Part shown: in pieces, positions 24,490-36,939 of the stretch
Position numbering within the stretch: the stretch's first letter is position 1
How the letters are laid out: every line of letters begins with the position of its first letter
Source: Lama glama
Lineage: Eukaryota
Length of the DNA stretch: 64,000 bases
Assembly (NCBI GenBank): GCA_028534125.1
Contig: CM052817.1
Location: forward strand, 86,120,001 to 86,184,000
Reading direction: 5' to 3'
The notes under the pieces: model-generated
Told to the model about the DNA's origin: nothing
The model's input: the letters and a program-made list of their open reading frames with translations, nothing else
Databases searched by the model: none
Made by a program: the position numbers and the translations under genes

Positions 24490-26705
24490 CCTTTTAATTA
24501 GGCCAGCATAAACTTGATACTGAAAGAACATTAAACAGAAAAGAAATCACACTTCCAACTCTGCTATAAACATTGATGCAAAATCACCTCAAAAAATTCT
24601 TGCAAATGGAATCCAGCAACAAATAAGAAAAAATATTTTCATGACAACTTTTAAATCTAAAAAATATATTATGTGAAAGAGCTTTGTCATAAATTACGAC
24701 TAAATGTTGAGATAAGTAAATTGCAAATAAATGAAAGATATATCATATTCACTGATTATGAGATCCTACGTTGAAAATATATAACTCTCCCCAAGCTGAT
24801 CTGTAGATTAGGTAGGTATCTGTGTGTGTAACTTGATAAACATGTTTCTAAAATTTTTATGGAAAAATGAAAAATAAAAAATGAACAAGACAATCCAGAA
24901 AAAAAGAAAAAGCTAGATTTTTTTATAAGGGTTATCAGAACCCATTATGAAGCTATGGTAATTAAGACAGTGTGGTACTAATGTGAAATTAGAAATTCTC
25001 TAATTTCTATTAGAGAAACAGAACAATGAAACAGAGTCCAATAAGGGATTACATATATATGGTCACCTGATTTGTGATAAATGTGTCACTGCAGTGAAAG
25101 AGGGTAGGATTAACATGTATAAAAGAAACTTGTTAATTGAATCTTCATTTGAAAAACTGTACATTAACTTCTATCACAGTACACAAAAGGAAATTTCAGA
25201 TTGCTTGCATATCTTCATATGAAGGTAAAATGATAAAACTTTGCAAGGAAAACATATGAGACTATCATCATGACCTTAGAATAGACAGGCTTTTCTTAGA
25301 CACGAAAATTACTAAAGGATTAACAAAAGATTAATTTGGATATATTGAATAGAGTAATTTATTTGTTATGAGAAGACAACCCTGAAGTCCACAGAGAAAG
25401 AAAAGATCAAGGCAGTACATACTTCTAACAACGGACTAAAATTTGAAATACATAAAAAACTTTCATTTGCCAATTTTGTTTAAAACATGAAAGAAAGCCA
25501 AATGAAACTAATAATCAAGCAAAAGACATAAAGAGATTATACTAGGGGATGTCTAGCTTAATAATAAGAATAAAAAAAGGTATTCAATATGATTATAAAT
25601 AAATGTACATTAAAATCACAATGCAATACCACTACACTCTGAATGGCTAAAATGACAAAAAAAATGACATATAGACAAAAATATGAAATAATTGGAAATC
25701 TTATTTCCTTGTGGTAGAGGTGACACTGTTGCACAGAATTTGAAAAATTAACCAAGAATACTTATTAAAGGTGAAAGTATGCATGCTTGTGACACAGTGA
25801 TTCTATTTCTAGGCTTAAACATGCTGTGGTTTGGGTCCCCTGGAAGCCAGCAGTGAAATGGAGTTTAGGGTGGAAATTAAATGTGGGGATATAAGAAGTT
25901 ATAAGAATCAATATTTATAATATTTATAAAAGAAGTGGAAGGAAACAAACTTGGGCAAAGTCAAAAGTTAAGCAGCAAAGCAAGTTTGACAAAACCTGAA
26001 CAAATCCTATGGAAAGCTCTGGAAGGAGAAGTTCCTGAAAAAATTGTCTCAGGACAACCTGAATGACCCAAGTCTCCATATCCTCACTTCATTCTGTTTT
26101 CAAATGCAGCTTCCCAGAAAGTGTGTGACCACAGGCAAAGTAGCTCTCTGTGTCTGGGGCAGAGCATGAAGGAGGTTACAGCTGGGAGTTGTTTGCTAAC
26201 CAAAGACCTTGCAGCTGGCAGTGGGTTCTTGCTCTTCCTGGATCTGGGCTGTTGTGTCTTAGTGTCTATTACACTATTCAACAGAAATGCATGCACAGTC
26301 ACGTGTGCACAGTCACACACACACATACACACATATGCACACAAACTAGTAAAGTAACATATCGGCACTGTATAGAATGGCTGAAAACTAGATAGAAACA
26401 AAATGTTCCTTAGGGGAAATGCAACAGGTATGGTTCTCACAAATGTAACATTGAGAAAGACTCCAGACACAAAAAGTAAAATATGTGAATCCATCTATAT
26501 AAAATTCAGAAACAGGAAACACTAATTAGAAAGTTGACACTAAAAAAAAAAAATGTTGACACTGAGAAAATTGGTTACTGAAAGAGAGTAGAAGGGGTTT
26601 ATGTTTCATTCTGGTGATGTCTTAGTTCTTGATTTGGAAGTTGGTTATATTAGTGTATTTATTTTGTAAAAATGCATCAAACTATACACTTATTTTTATT
26701 GTATT
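24490..26705 (+). mobile_element. L1ME-like ORF2/3' UTR, interrupted by an LTR16-like element
   Basis: aggccagcataaacttgatact (EASITLIP-like), aagctatggtaattaagacagtgtggtact and aaaatcacaatgcaataccactacac. The 3' UTR resumes after ~26275 (aaaatgcatcaaactatacactta). Confidence 0.8.
25823..26273 (-). mobile_element. ERVL LTR16A-like solo LTR nested in L1
   Basis: tttgggtcccctggaagccagcagtgaaatggagtttag, cttgggcaaag and tcctatggaaagctctgga follow the antisense LTR16A layout. Confidence 0.7.
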
Positions 26706-29534
26706 TCTTTCTAAACTTTTCATTATAAAGATTTTCAGACATCCAAAAAAGCTGAAATAATTTTATAATGAATACCAATATGCCCATTAACAGTTAAATT
26801 TCATGGCTTTTTTGTAATAAAATATATTCTAAATAAGAACTTACATGATAGTGTTATAAATGGTGGATGCAACATATTCTTCTTTAAATTTAATATCAAT
26901 TGTTACTGAATATTCTTGGGAATCTTTGATGCCTAGAGTGGTTTGTTTTTTTTTTTTGAGAAATATAATGTGTCTATATATTCATGCATATGTTTAGGTA
27001 GACAATATATAGATTAAGAATATATAATGTATACATGCATATATATAAGAGTATATATTTGAGAATGGATGCATAGTCAAATGTACACACATGGACACAA
27101 CGTACGCCAATAGCTTCAAAGCTTATAAATGTATTTTGCAAGCTATCATCTCATTCACCCAAATATACACAGATTTTTGAGTCCTAGAATTGCTCTCCAT
27201 ATGGCATCCTGTATTGGAAGTGAAATAAAAAGTATTTCTTGATGATCTAATTAATCATGATGATACAAAGCTTTGGATAAATAATTCAATTTTTACAGGT
27301 GTATTAAAAATGTATTTATGATACGATTTTTGTGAGGTGAAAAAAATGAATGCCTGAAATAATGGAATATGACTAAACAAAAGCATTCTCCCTCAGTGAT
27401 ATCTTATTAAGGCTATTGTAAGATGAGAATTACAATATTATTATATGACTAAAGGACAAATGGTTTATATTTGTTTCTATTTTCTTGCTCTGTGGAGAAA
27501 AGACAATATGCAAAGAAAGAGTATTAGATAGCTTAATACTTAACAATAGTCAAAGGTTCTTAAAATGATGTGTATGACAGTGTTAGTCCCTCTCCAGGCC
27601 CATCGTGAATTTTTCTAAATTGTTTGTAAGTAGAATCAAAAGGCACTTACTAATAATCCACATAAATAATATAAATGATAAATTCCAGCTTAGTGAATCA
27701 TGTATCATAGACAAACATTTGCTATAATAAATGTGTTGTTTTATTTTCCCCTCTCTATCACCCTGTCAGCTTATGTGAACAAGATGCTTTAGTCCAAAGC
27801 TTCACAGTGCGAATTCCTCTACTTCAATTGCTACAGACACCCAGCTGTCCCAGACTCTTCAATTATTTATTTATCCTTTATTTATCTATAGCTCAGCAGA
27901 ACAATGACTTGCTACCACACATCTTTTCTAAGTTTGAATGATCATGAAACTCAGAATATAACTTCTTGAGGGATCTGGATAACCTCGTTAAAAGGAAAGA
28001 AATTTTGCAATCCAATCAGAACACGCTATTGCTTCTTTCAGGAAGTTTTTCAAAAAATATTTTAACTTGAAATTGTCAGGAACAATTCTGACGATTTACT
28101 TGGAAATAAAAAAGCAAACTGCAAATTAGACCCAATGTCTTATTTATTTGTTTTGTTCATAGCTGTTTCTTTCTTTTACATATGTGCCAGTCAAATGACA
28201 ATAATCATTGAAAAATTTCCTTTACAACACATACTAGTATGTTTCCTGGTCTGTAAGATATCTGTCTAATAGCACTGTAATATATTACAGACAAAAATAC
28301 AGCTGTGACAATACATAAAATATCTATTCTTTGAGATTTTAATATTATATTTACATTTGCTGTATTTAGTATTTACAGAAAATACTGAAAAAAGTTAAAC
28401 TGATTTTTGATGAAAGATGAAAACATGTGCATTTATAGAAACTCTTTATAAATGGTGCCTTGGACTGTATAGTATCAATGATATTTCCAAATGTAAAATG
28501 TTTTAAGGATATATCCTATCCAAAATACGACCACCATAGTCCTTTTAAAATTAATCAAAATGTCATAACTCTAACATTCCTGAAGTCAACTGAATAAATC
28601 ATTATTTTCAGCTACCATGCTTAGGGACATGAATATAAATATATAAATAGAGATAGATAGTCTTGCTATGGTAGACTTTTTCAAAAGAGATTGTATGAAT
28701 ATTAGATTTTCATTTGACTGTCACAATACATATATTGTCTCAACCCTATTTCTACTATTTCACTAGTTTTATTATAAATGTGAGGATACTGGAGACCAAT
28801 ATCCTTATATTGAAAATGAAAAGTTTATACAGTTTATTGCTAAAATCCTTTCAAGTTCTTACATTGATAGGTTTATTTCAATAGCTCCCATCAGCTGTTC
28901 TGTTGTTGAATAACATATTAGGTACTTGCTCAAGTTCTTATACTTTCTGAGATTTGAGTAAATATTAAAATTTTTTTTAAAGAATCTAGCTAAAGTTTTC
29001 AATTCAGCATCAATTTACTGTAATGGCCAACATCTAGGTATATGAGCAAGATACATGTGCTTCTTTCTCTGTATGCCTAACCCTACCAACTTGGTTGTAA
29101 TATTATCCTCTCCAAACTCCTCAGAGCCCTAAATACATTAGTTATGCCATTCATCCATCTGTCTTCAAACTCTCCCTTTTAGAAATTCTTTCTTGTATCA
29201 TCTTTTAAAGTTTACTCAAGTCTGTACTCTTAGAACACACACACAACGGATCCACACTTGCAACAACCCTGCCTCCTCCACACACATACACACACTACTT
29301 TTGTCATCCTCATATCTTAAGCTAATAACTGACCTCCAATAGATTGTCCCGTCTTAGGTCACCAATGGCAACACTATGATTGACTCCAAAGAGAACACTT
29401 CATTCTCTATCCTAGCCATCATTGTTGAAATGACCGCAGTATCTTCTCTTTCCCTTCATTTCTGAAGATGCTCTTCCTTTGCCTTCAGTGACACCACTTT
29501 CCTCTCAGGCATTTTCCCATAATAGGGGAAAATG

Positions 29535-29680
29535 TCATATCTGGAGTCAGATTAACTAGATGCCAATCCAGGCTTCATCAATTCTTTGTTGTTATGATAT
29601 TGGAAAATATCTTAACCTCTCTTTATCTCAGTTTTCTCATTAGCAAATTAAGGATAACAACAGTACTTACATCACTGGGT
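29535..29680 (+). mobile_element. MIR SINE
   Basis: tggagtcaga ... cttaacctctctttatctcagttttctcattagcaaattaaggataacaacagtacttacatcac is the MIR core. Confidence 0.8.
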
Positions 29681-30080
29681 GTCTCTGTGCAGTAAGTCTT
29701 GTCTTGGTGCTTCAGACTACAGAGAGTAGACGTGGGTATGTCAAGAAGGAGGAGCACTTTTTCTAGCTGTTACTATTGATGGGGATCTTGATAAGTGGCT
29801 CCTAATTGATCCACTGACTGGGCTGCCCTCTGTTGGTAGGTTGGGGGTCAGGAAACAATAGTTCTAGGAGCCTTCTACTGTTGGTGGGGTCACACAAGGT
29901 TCCTGGCTGATGTACCTCTCCTCCAATACCCAGAGTCCCAAAGTAGCTCGTCTTCTTTTTACACCTTTCAGAGGTTTCCCTAGTTTGTCTTTTGTGTCAT
30001 TTCCAGAATTTATAGTTGTGCATACCAGAAGAAACAAGAAAAAATGTGGCTCTGTGGCATACTGTCTGGACCAGAAATCC
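29680..30080 (-). mobile_element. L1MC/L1M 5' terminus, antisense
   Basis: tttccagaatttatagttgtgcataccagaagaaacaagaaaaaatgtggctctg...ggaccagaaatcc resembles the reverse complement of L1MC-type 5' ends. Confidence 0.6.
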
Positions 30081-30499
30081 GTTATGTATTTTATACTGAA
30101 AAATGCTTCACCTGGGAGTCATAGTAACTGGTATTCTCTTTGCTTATAATTACTTCAGGTGTCATATTTGAGAACTGGTTCAATCATGGTGGTCAAATAT
30201 TGTAGAATAATAATATTCCACAAATAATGCTCTCAATAATAATTAAATTGTTTCTTATAAAAGATCAAGACATTAAAACCTAATAATACAACAACATAAC
30301 AATTGCAGCATAGTAGCTTTTTATTCATAGAATCTTGAGGCAAATGACAAACTGAAATAAACAAGATTATATTTATTCTTATCAAATATTAAAATATGAA
30401 CCAATACTTCTACTTTTTATTCTAACTAAATAGTATATTATATAATAAGTTCAGATATCATGGATTTATTAACGGGGATTAATACACATATTTGGATTG

Positions 30500-30640
30500 T
30501 ACTTTAACCCTATTTACTGAGGTACAATTGGCCTTTGCAAAATTTATTGATTTTTTCATAGACAATTTGATGTTTTTGACAAATCTATATAGTTTTGTAT
30601 TCACTGCCAAAGTCAAGATATAGAACATTTCCCTTATTGT
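30500..30640 (-). mobile_element. L1M 3' end fragment
   Basis: tttactgaggtacaattg ... tttgatgtttttgacaaat ... gtcaagatatagaacatttcc. Confidence 0.7.
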
Positions 30641-31259
30641 ATAAATTCAGATATGCTTTGTTTTAATGTAATTATAAAGATAACATTAATTACATTTACT
30701 TCTTTATCTATTTAATATGATTATAAAATTCAGTTACTCTTTGGTAAGTTTAAATTTTTTTAAATTGAGTGTTTCAAGTAACATAGACTCTTTAATTAAC
30801 TATGCATGATAAATATTTGACTCAACAAACGAACTTTGCTCCATATGCACTTTCACACAATGGCTGGCTCTAATATGCTAACATTGCACAGTTTCAAATT
30901 TTATCACATTATTTTAAAATCTAAATAAAATGGTTAGTTTAATTATTAATAAACTTCTGTAAGTTAAACACATATTTTCATGTAACTTATGGTACACTGT
31001 TGATAAAAAATAGGCTTCCATAAAAACTGCTTGAAGGGCATTGTTTTTCTTTCACACTTCATAAAAGCTAGATGCAAATTTCTGATGCACATTTCTCTAT
31101 TTCTTTCTCTACTTTGAAGCTAAAGCTGAAAAGTTTAAATGTTTGCATTTCTATTTAATGATACAAACAAAATTTTCTTCTGTTTCTCTCTTTACTCTTG
31201 GCCTTGGGTTTACTCTGGAAGCCTCCATTCATGTCTCTTTTAGGAGTACCACATATTTC

Positions 31260-31700
31260 ATTCTTAAACCAGGTCATTTCTCTTTCCCTTTCCTTTTGTG
31301 ATCTCCCTCTGTTTGCTGAGGACTTTGGTCATCATTTTCTATGTTTTATAGGAAGCCCTGGGGACACATTTTTGTCCACTCTGACTCAGTACTCAGTACA
31401 TTTCCCCTCTTAGTTCTTCCTCTTCTTCTACCCCTAAACCCCCATGGCTATAAAATAGGAAGAGCCTTCTGTTCATGGCTCCTGGATAGTGAGAAGATCC
31501 CCATACCAGTGCTGATCCACTTGACCCTTGCCCAGAACTGTTCCAAGGGGAAAAATGAAACATAAGAGAAATCTGTGATTTTTCTTGCTTAACCTAATAC
31601 AGTCTCAGTAAGCAATTAGTGGCTTAAGTATTACTTACATTTTAGCTTGATTTAATTGACCACCTCAACAGCTCGGCTCAGTTGCGATCAAGAGAGTACA
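31260..31700 (+). mobile_element. ERVL solo LTR fragment, MER74-like
   Basis: TGACTCA (31382-31388), ctataaaa TATA (~31448), gagccttctgttcatggctcct, tgctgatccacttgaccct, and ttacttacattttagcttg...gaccacctcaacagctcggctcag. Confidence 0.55.
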
Positions 31701-31899
31701 CTGGGGCTTAGATTTTTTTTTCTAATTTTGTTGCACAATATAAATTTTATTTATTGTTGAAATTTTGTGTATAAATACCCAGTTTAGTAAAGAAAGCACT
31801 TAATAACCAATATGTATTTCTTAAAATTTTTTTGTGTTATTTTTAAGGTGGTAAATTTTGCAAAGCATGCTCCTTAATACACTTTAAAGAAATATATAT

Positions 31900-32340
31900 T
31901 ACATTGGTATGACAGATTGGAAGTTTAAGCCAGACCCTACCTGGAAGAATAAATTAGCAAATACTTCTCAATGAGATTAGAGAAAAAAAAATCCCAGAGA
32001 AGATGACATTTTTCTTAAATATCAAGAGTTATTGGATGATAAACGGGGAAAGACTACTTTAAGACTACTTTAAGGAAAGACATAGAACTTGAACAGTTTG
32101 AAAGACATTGTTGCTAGGAGCAGGCAGGGATATGGATGTAAATGAGGCTACAAACATAGGTAGAGATTGTATCTAAAGGGACTTTCAGTAATTAAAGGAA
32201 TTCTGACTTGATCTTGCATGTAACAGAGATAAAAGAATTGTAAGCATTGGGAATAGAGAGGAGCAAGACAAGCTGCAATTTAGAAAGAGAACTCCTGCTT
32301 GCAGTGCGGTTTATTGTGGAGGGTGGAAATTAGATGTCTA
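31900..32340 (-). mobile_element. L2 fragment
   Basis: Purine-rich antisense L2-type sequence (taaaggaattctgacttgatc, tttagaaagagaactcctgcttgcagtg). Confidence 0.55.
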
Positions 32341-32344
32341 GAGC

Positions 32345-32860
32345 CCATGGACAAAATTTAAAAGACTTACAATTCAAAATGTTGGAGAAGATGTGGCACA
32401 ACTGGAACTTTCATAAATGCTGGTGGGAATGCAAAATTAATTCAGCCACTTTGGAAAGCTGTTTGTCAGTGTCTCAAATACATTCATCTAGCACATGAGG
32501 AGGCATTTGCACTGCTAGGTATTTACTCAAGAAAATGAAAAGACATATTCCCACAAAGACTTGTTCTAGAATGATCAAAGCAACCTTATTCATAATAACT
32601 CCAAACTGGAATATGCTAAATGTCCATCAAATAATGAAAGGATAAATACATTTTTGGAATATCCATCCAATGTCTATCACTCAGCAATAATAACAAATTG
32701 TCAAATGATACATGTAGAAACATGGATAAATCTCAGAGTCATAACACTAAGTGAAAGGAGTCAGAAGGGATTTCAAATTTATATCAAATTTCAGAAAAGC
32801 CAAAAGTACATAAACACAAAGCAGATTAGTGGATGCTTGACTCTGGGATGAAAGAGAACT
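32345..32860 (+). mobile_element. L1MC/ME ORF2 end and 3' UTR
   Basis: aatgttggagaagatgtggcacaactggaactttcataaatgctggtgggaatgcaaaat...cagccactttggaaa and ccacaaagacttgt. Confidence 0.85.
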
Positions 32861-35501
32861 GTATTATCAGGCTTGGATAAAGACCACCATGATTTTATGT
32901 ACTCTACACAGACATTGAAATTCAGCGCCTGGTATACTACAAGAGTCATCTGTGTTGAGCCATTCCAAATTTTCATTTTATTCTGCAGTAGCATGAATAT
33001 CATAGATATCAGAAAAAAAATACACCTTAGAATATAATCAGATTAGAATATATTGCTGCAAATATCCTTCCAGTCTTGTAGCTGACTAAACCAGTTAATT
33101 TAAGCAGATGCTAGACAGACCAAACATTTTGATACACATTCCCAACCTAGCAGGCACAGAGCCCTGGCCAGGGCAGTGCGCTGATGAGACCTGCTAGACA
33201 ATTATATGTGTCTGTACCTTCTGGTCAGGAAAACCCATGCCCAAGTGATGCATAGGTGCCACCATGCTATTCTGTCCAGATAACTGACCCGTCTGAGTAA
33301 TAAATATGATCTAAAAAAAAGGTTGATGGCTTCAATGAGAATTTATGGATTTTTAAAAGCAAATTACATATATTGCTGTCAAAGAAATAATCCATAATAA
33401 AGTACATTAAAATAAGTTTAAAATAATAAAAGAAAGTTGAGAATTCATTAAGCAGATTAATGTAAATGAAACTCTGTCAATGTTATTTTCTGAAAGTACA
33501 ATTCAAGGATTAACTGATATAATGCATATGAAGTGCACAGAACAATCCATAGCACTTTGTAAATGCATATAAGGGGACAGAAAAAATACTACAGTTTGTT
33601 AACAGGTACTATTGCCAAAGGTATGCTGGAACAGGTATTCCTACATACTACTGGCAACACTCTAAACTGGTATAATTAAAGGATGGTAACTTGGAAGCTA
33701 CTATACAAAGTATGTATATCAAGTTAGAATCAACAATTATACTAATAGAAATTCACCCCACATGAATATTCAAAAATCAACAAGATGCATTTACTGATAT
33801 AATTGTTGTAACACTGTGTATAAAAGACAATTAGAAAAAATTTTATGTCACTTACAGTGAGACTATTAAATAATTATATGTATAATGTGGATTACAAGGA
33901 AGACACTTAAATAATTGATGGCTATCTAAAACAGAAAATTACAGAGAAGTGTGCATTAAGACCTTGAAGTAAATAAAGCAGGTTGTATAAATAAATTCTG
34001 TTGGTGTGAATGTTTGCATATTGTTTTCTTTGAGTGTGCACAATGAGCTGTTAACATATGTTTCTTTATGGGAAGTGGCTTTAGATAATTATGAAGACAG
34101 GGGCCAGGAAGACCAGGATTTTTTCTTTTATTTATACTTTTTACTAGGGAATTTTGCTAATTTCATGTAGCATATTATTGTTTTATTTCTAGTATGAATA
34201 AATAAGATACCTAATTAGCGAATATTAAAGGCAAAAAATATTTTATTTAAAAAAACAACAAAATATGAAATATTTGATGATTTTGAAAAGACACATTAGG
34301 AGTTTTGAGGTAAACTACAAATTAAGTTGGAACCACAGCTTCTCATCCATTATTTAATTTCTCCATATGTAAAAAACATAGCAATTTTAGCATTACTATA
34401 CCATTATTGTGATTAATAATTGAAATAACAACTGTAAAAATTTTAGTCCTACATCTGATTTATATGGATATATCCAGTAAACGTTAATTATTATCATAAT
34501 CTTAAAAAAAAAACTAAAAAAGTCAAAAGATAAGATCTGACTAAACTCTAAAACTATTTTCTTGGATGAGTAAATGATTTAATTCCTAATTAGCTTATTC
34601 TAGTTTAGAGTTTTAGAACATATTAGTGCATTCTAGCCTTTCTCATTGAATGGAATTAACACTTACTTTAAATAGTAAAGTTTTAGTTATTTTTGATATC
34701 TGCTCATTACTTAATAAATATATTCGTAGCTTCAGCATATTTTTAAAATATTAATGTTGTTCCAGCATATTTTCTGACTTGTTACAGCATATTAATAAGT
34801 AGTTTTAGATTATCATGAATATATTTTATAATTTTATTTGTTACTAAAGTTTTACTTCCAATACTTAAATATTATATTTTTGAAAGATCTCTGGAAATCC
34901 ATTACTATTTATTTATAGAAAAAGACAATTTTGTCTTCATCTCTTTGGCTATATAATTTTTAGGACATGAGCTAAAACTTCTACAAAATTGTTAAATAAC
35001 AGACTAACAAGCATCATTTGTTTTGTAATTTGAAAAATGTAATATTTGAAAGAATAATTTTAGAAATTATTTAGAAAAATAATTTGAAAAAATATTAGTT
35101 ACTAATTTTTAATGAATATTAATCTGTCTATACTTATAATACATTCATGGACACATCCACTATTTTTCTATTTACTGGTCTCATTTCAGTCTTCTGAAGA
35201 GTTTAATCACAGGTTTTACTTCTTTACCAAGGTAATTATTGGAATTTTATAAATTTGTGAGTAATGACATGCTTTCCTTTTAGGGGGATATTTCTTTGGA
35301 CTAATATTGTCTTAATATTTCCACTTTCTGTAATGCACTGATTTTCACATTCTGAGGTATAGTGAGGTCATTCTGGCTTATACATGATTTGGTTTGACAT
35401 TTGTGTTAACTAGAATAGTCTGTCTTATGGTCTGTCAACCAACATTGTACATTTTTGCTTTAACCATTTAAGAAAGAAAATAATGCATTTAAAAATCAAG
35501 A

Positions 35502-36029
35502 TGTAGTAAGTGGCTCAAACCTACAAAATAGCTGATTGGCCATTGTAGATGTGATTTCAGACACAGTCCTCCATCCCTGAGAACCTGAATTTTCTGAACT
35601 GTATCAAACTCACAGACACTACCAGCCTTAGAAATTGACACATTGTAAGTTACTATACTTCAATTACAAAAAAACAAACAAATAACAAACAACAACCAAA
35701 AGGACACAATATCTGATAGCGGCTGCCGGCGCCAACCTTATGGCCTCAAGATCTCACCTTGCAACTATGCAAACATTTCAGACTCCAAGCAACCCTTGCT
35801 TAACAAGTGACCTTACGTCTTTCCAGCACCAATTACATATAACTCTTGACAGCTTATGCAATTTTGCAGTTTTTGGCTTTATAAGTCTCCCCCCATTTTG
35901 TAATCCAGTGAAACACAATTCAAGCGCTTCTTGATTTTGTGTCTCCTGTGCTACAGTCCACAGTTTGGCTCAAATAAAACTATTCTATACTCCTATTATA
36001 AATTGGTTTATTGATTAGTTCCATCAACA
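35502..36029 (+). mobile_element. ERV1-type solo LTR (family unresolved) with a nested short L1 3' tail
   Basis: TG start, ...tcaaca end, ggctttataag TATA-like box, and tttggctcaaataaaact poly(A) region typical of ERV1 LTRs. The 5' boundary is uncertain and no TSD is seen. Confidence 0.65.
35630..35701 (+). mobile_element. Severely 5'-truncated L1 3' terminus with A-rich tail
   Basis: agaaattgacacattgtaagttactatacttcaatta followed by an A/CAAA tail matches the terminal ...cattgtaa...actatacttcaattaaaa motif of laurasiatherian L1s. Confidence 0.7.
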
Positions 36030-36939
36030 GCAGCATGGCCTTTTTTCTTGCAAAAAATATAAACAATATCTGAAAATATCTTATAGCTATCTGAAAGAAA
36101 GCTAACTCATGTTATTCAATGCATAATTTTCAATATATACTATCTCTGTTTATCTATAGATAGTATGGTTTGTCCCACAATGAGAATGATCCTCTTAATT
36201 TATTGATACATAATTTTATAGCTCATATAGTTCCTCAGGGTTTTTTTTTCTTTTCATAGTTATTTTGATGCTGTGTCAGTTGCCTCAGTTATCTCCAGTG
36301 TGTTAGTATCAGTGTTGCCTTTTATTATATTATGAAATTATACATTTTCCCTTCTATCTTACTCATCCACATGGCAATATTTCAAATAATTAAAACATAG
36401 TGGTAGTTTAACAATTTACACAATCAGAAATTTCTCTCTTTTGGAAAATCAGGTAATAATAATGATTTTTCATACTTATACTGTGAAAATTTATAGACAT
36501 AACCCATATAAAGTATCCATGGTAGTGCCCTACAAATATAGGCTCTAAGAAAACACTATTTTAAAATAAAATCTTAGAACTTATAATTTCAGTTTTCTGT
36601 ATTTTCCTCATCAGACATTACCCTAAAAATCATTCTCATATTCTATTAATCTTAATTTCTAAAGTAAATAGAACATAAAAAGTACAACTATGTCAGACAT
36701 CACTTCCTTCATTATCAGTATGCAAATATAATGGGATGGCATACGTGCCATGACTAGCTTCTATTCAGTGATGTGAGGAGCATTATGAGGTTCCATTATA
36801 TGAAATACGGTTTAACACGTTCTTTCTCTATCCTCCTCAATACCACCAACTGAGCACAAGAATTCCTACTATTCATGTATTTCGCTTTGTGAATAAAGTA
36901 TTATTTCCCAAAATGCCAAATATCAAAAAATCATGACCA

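Noticed and set aside
33181..33296. Box C/D snoRNA (tgatga ... ctga)
   Set aside because: The C box lacks the 5' purine, and there is no terminal stem or evident rRNA/snRNA guide complement.
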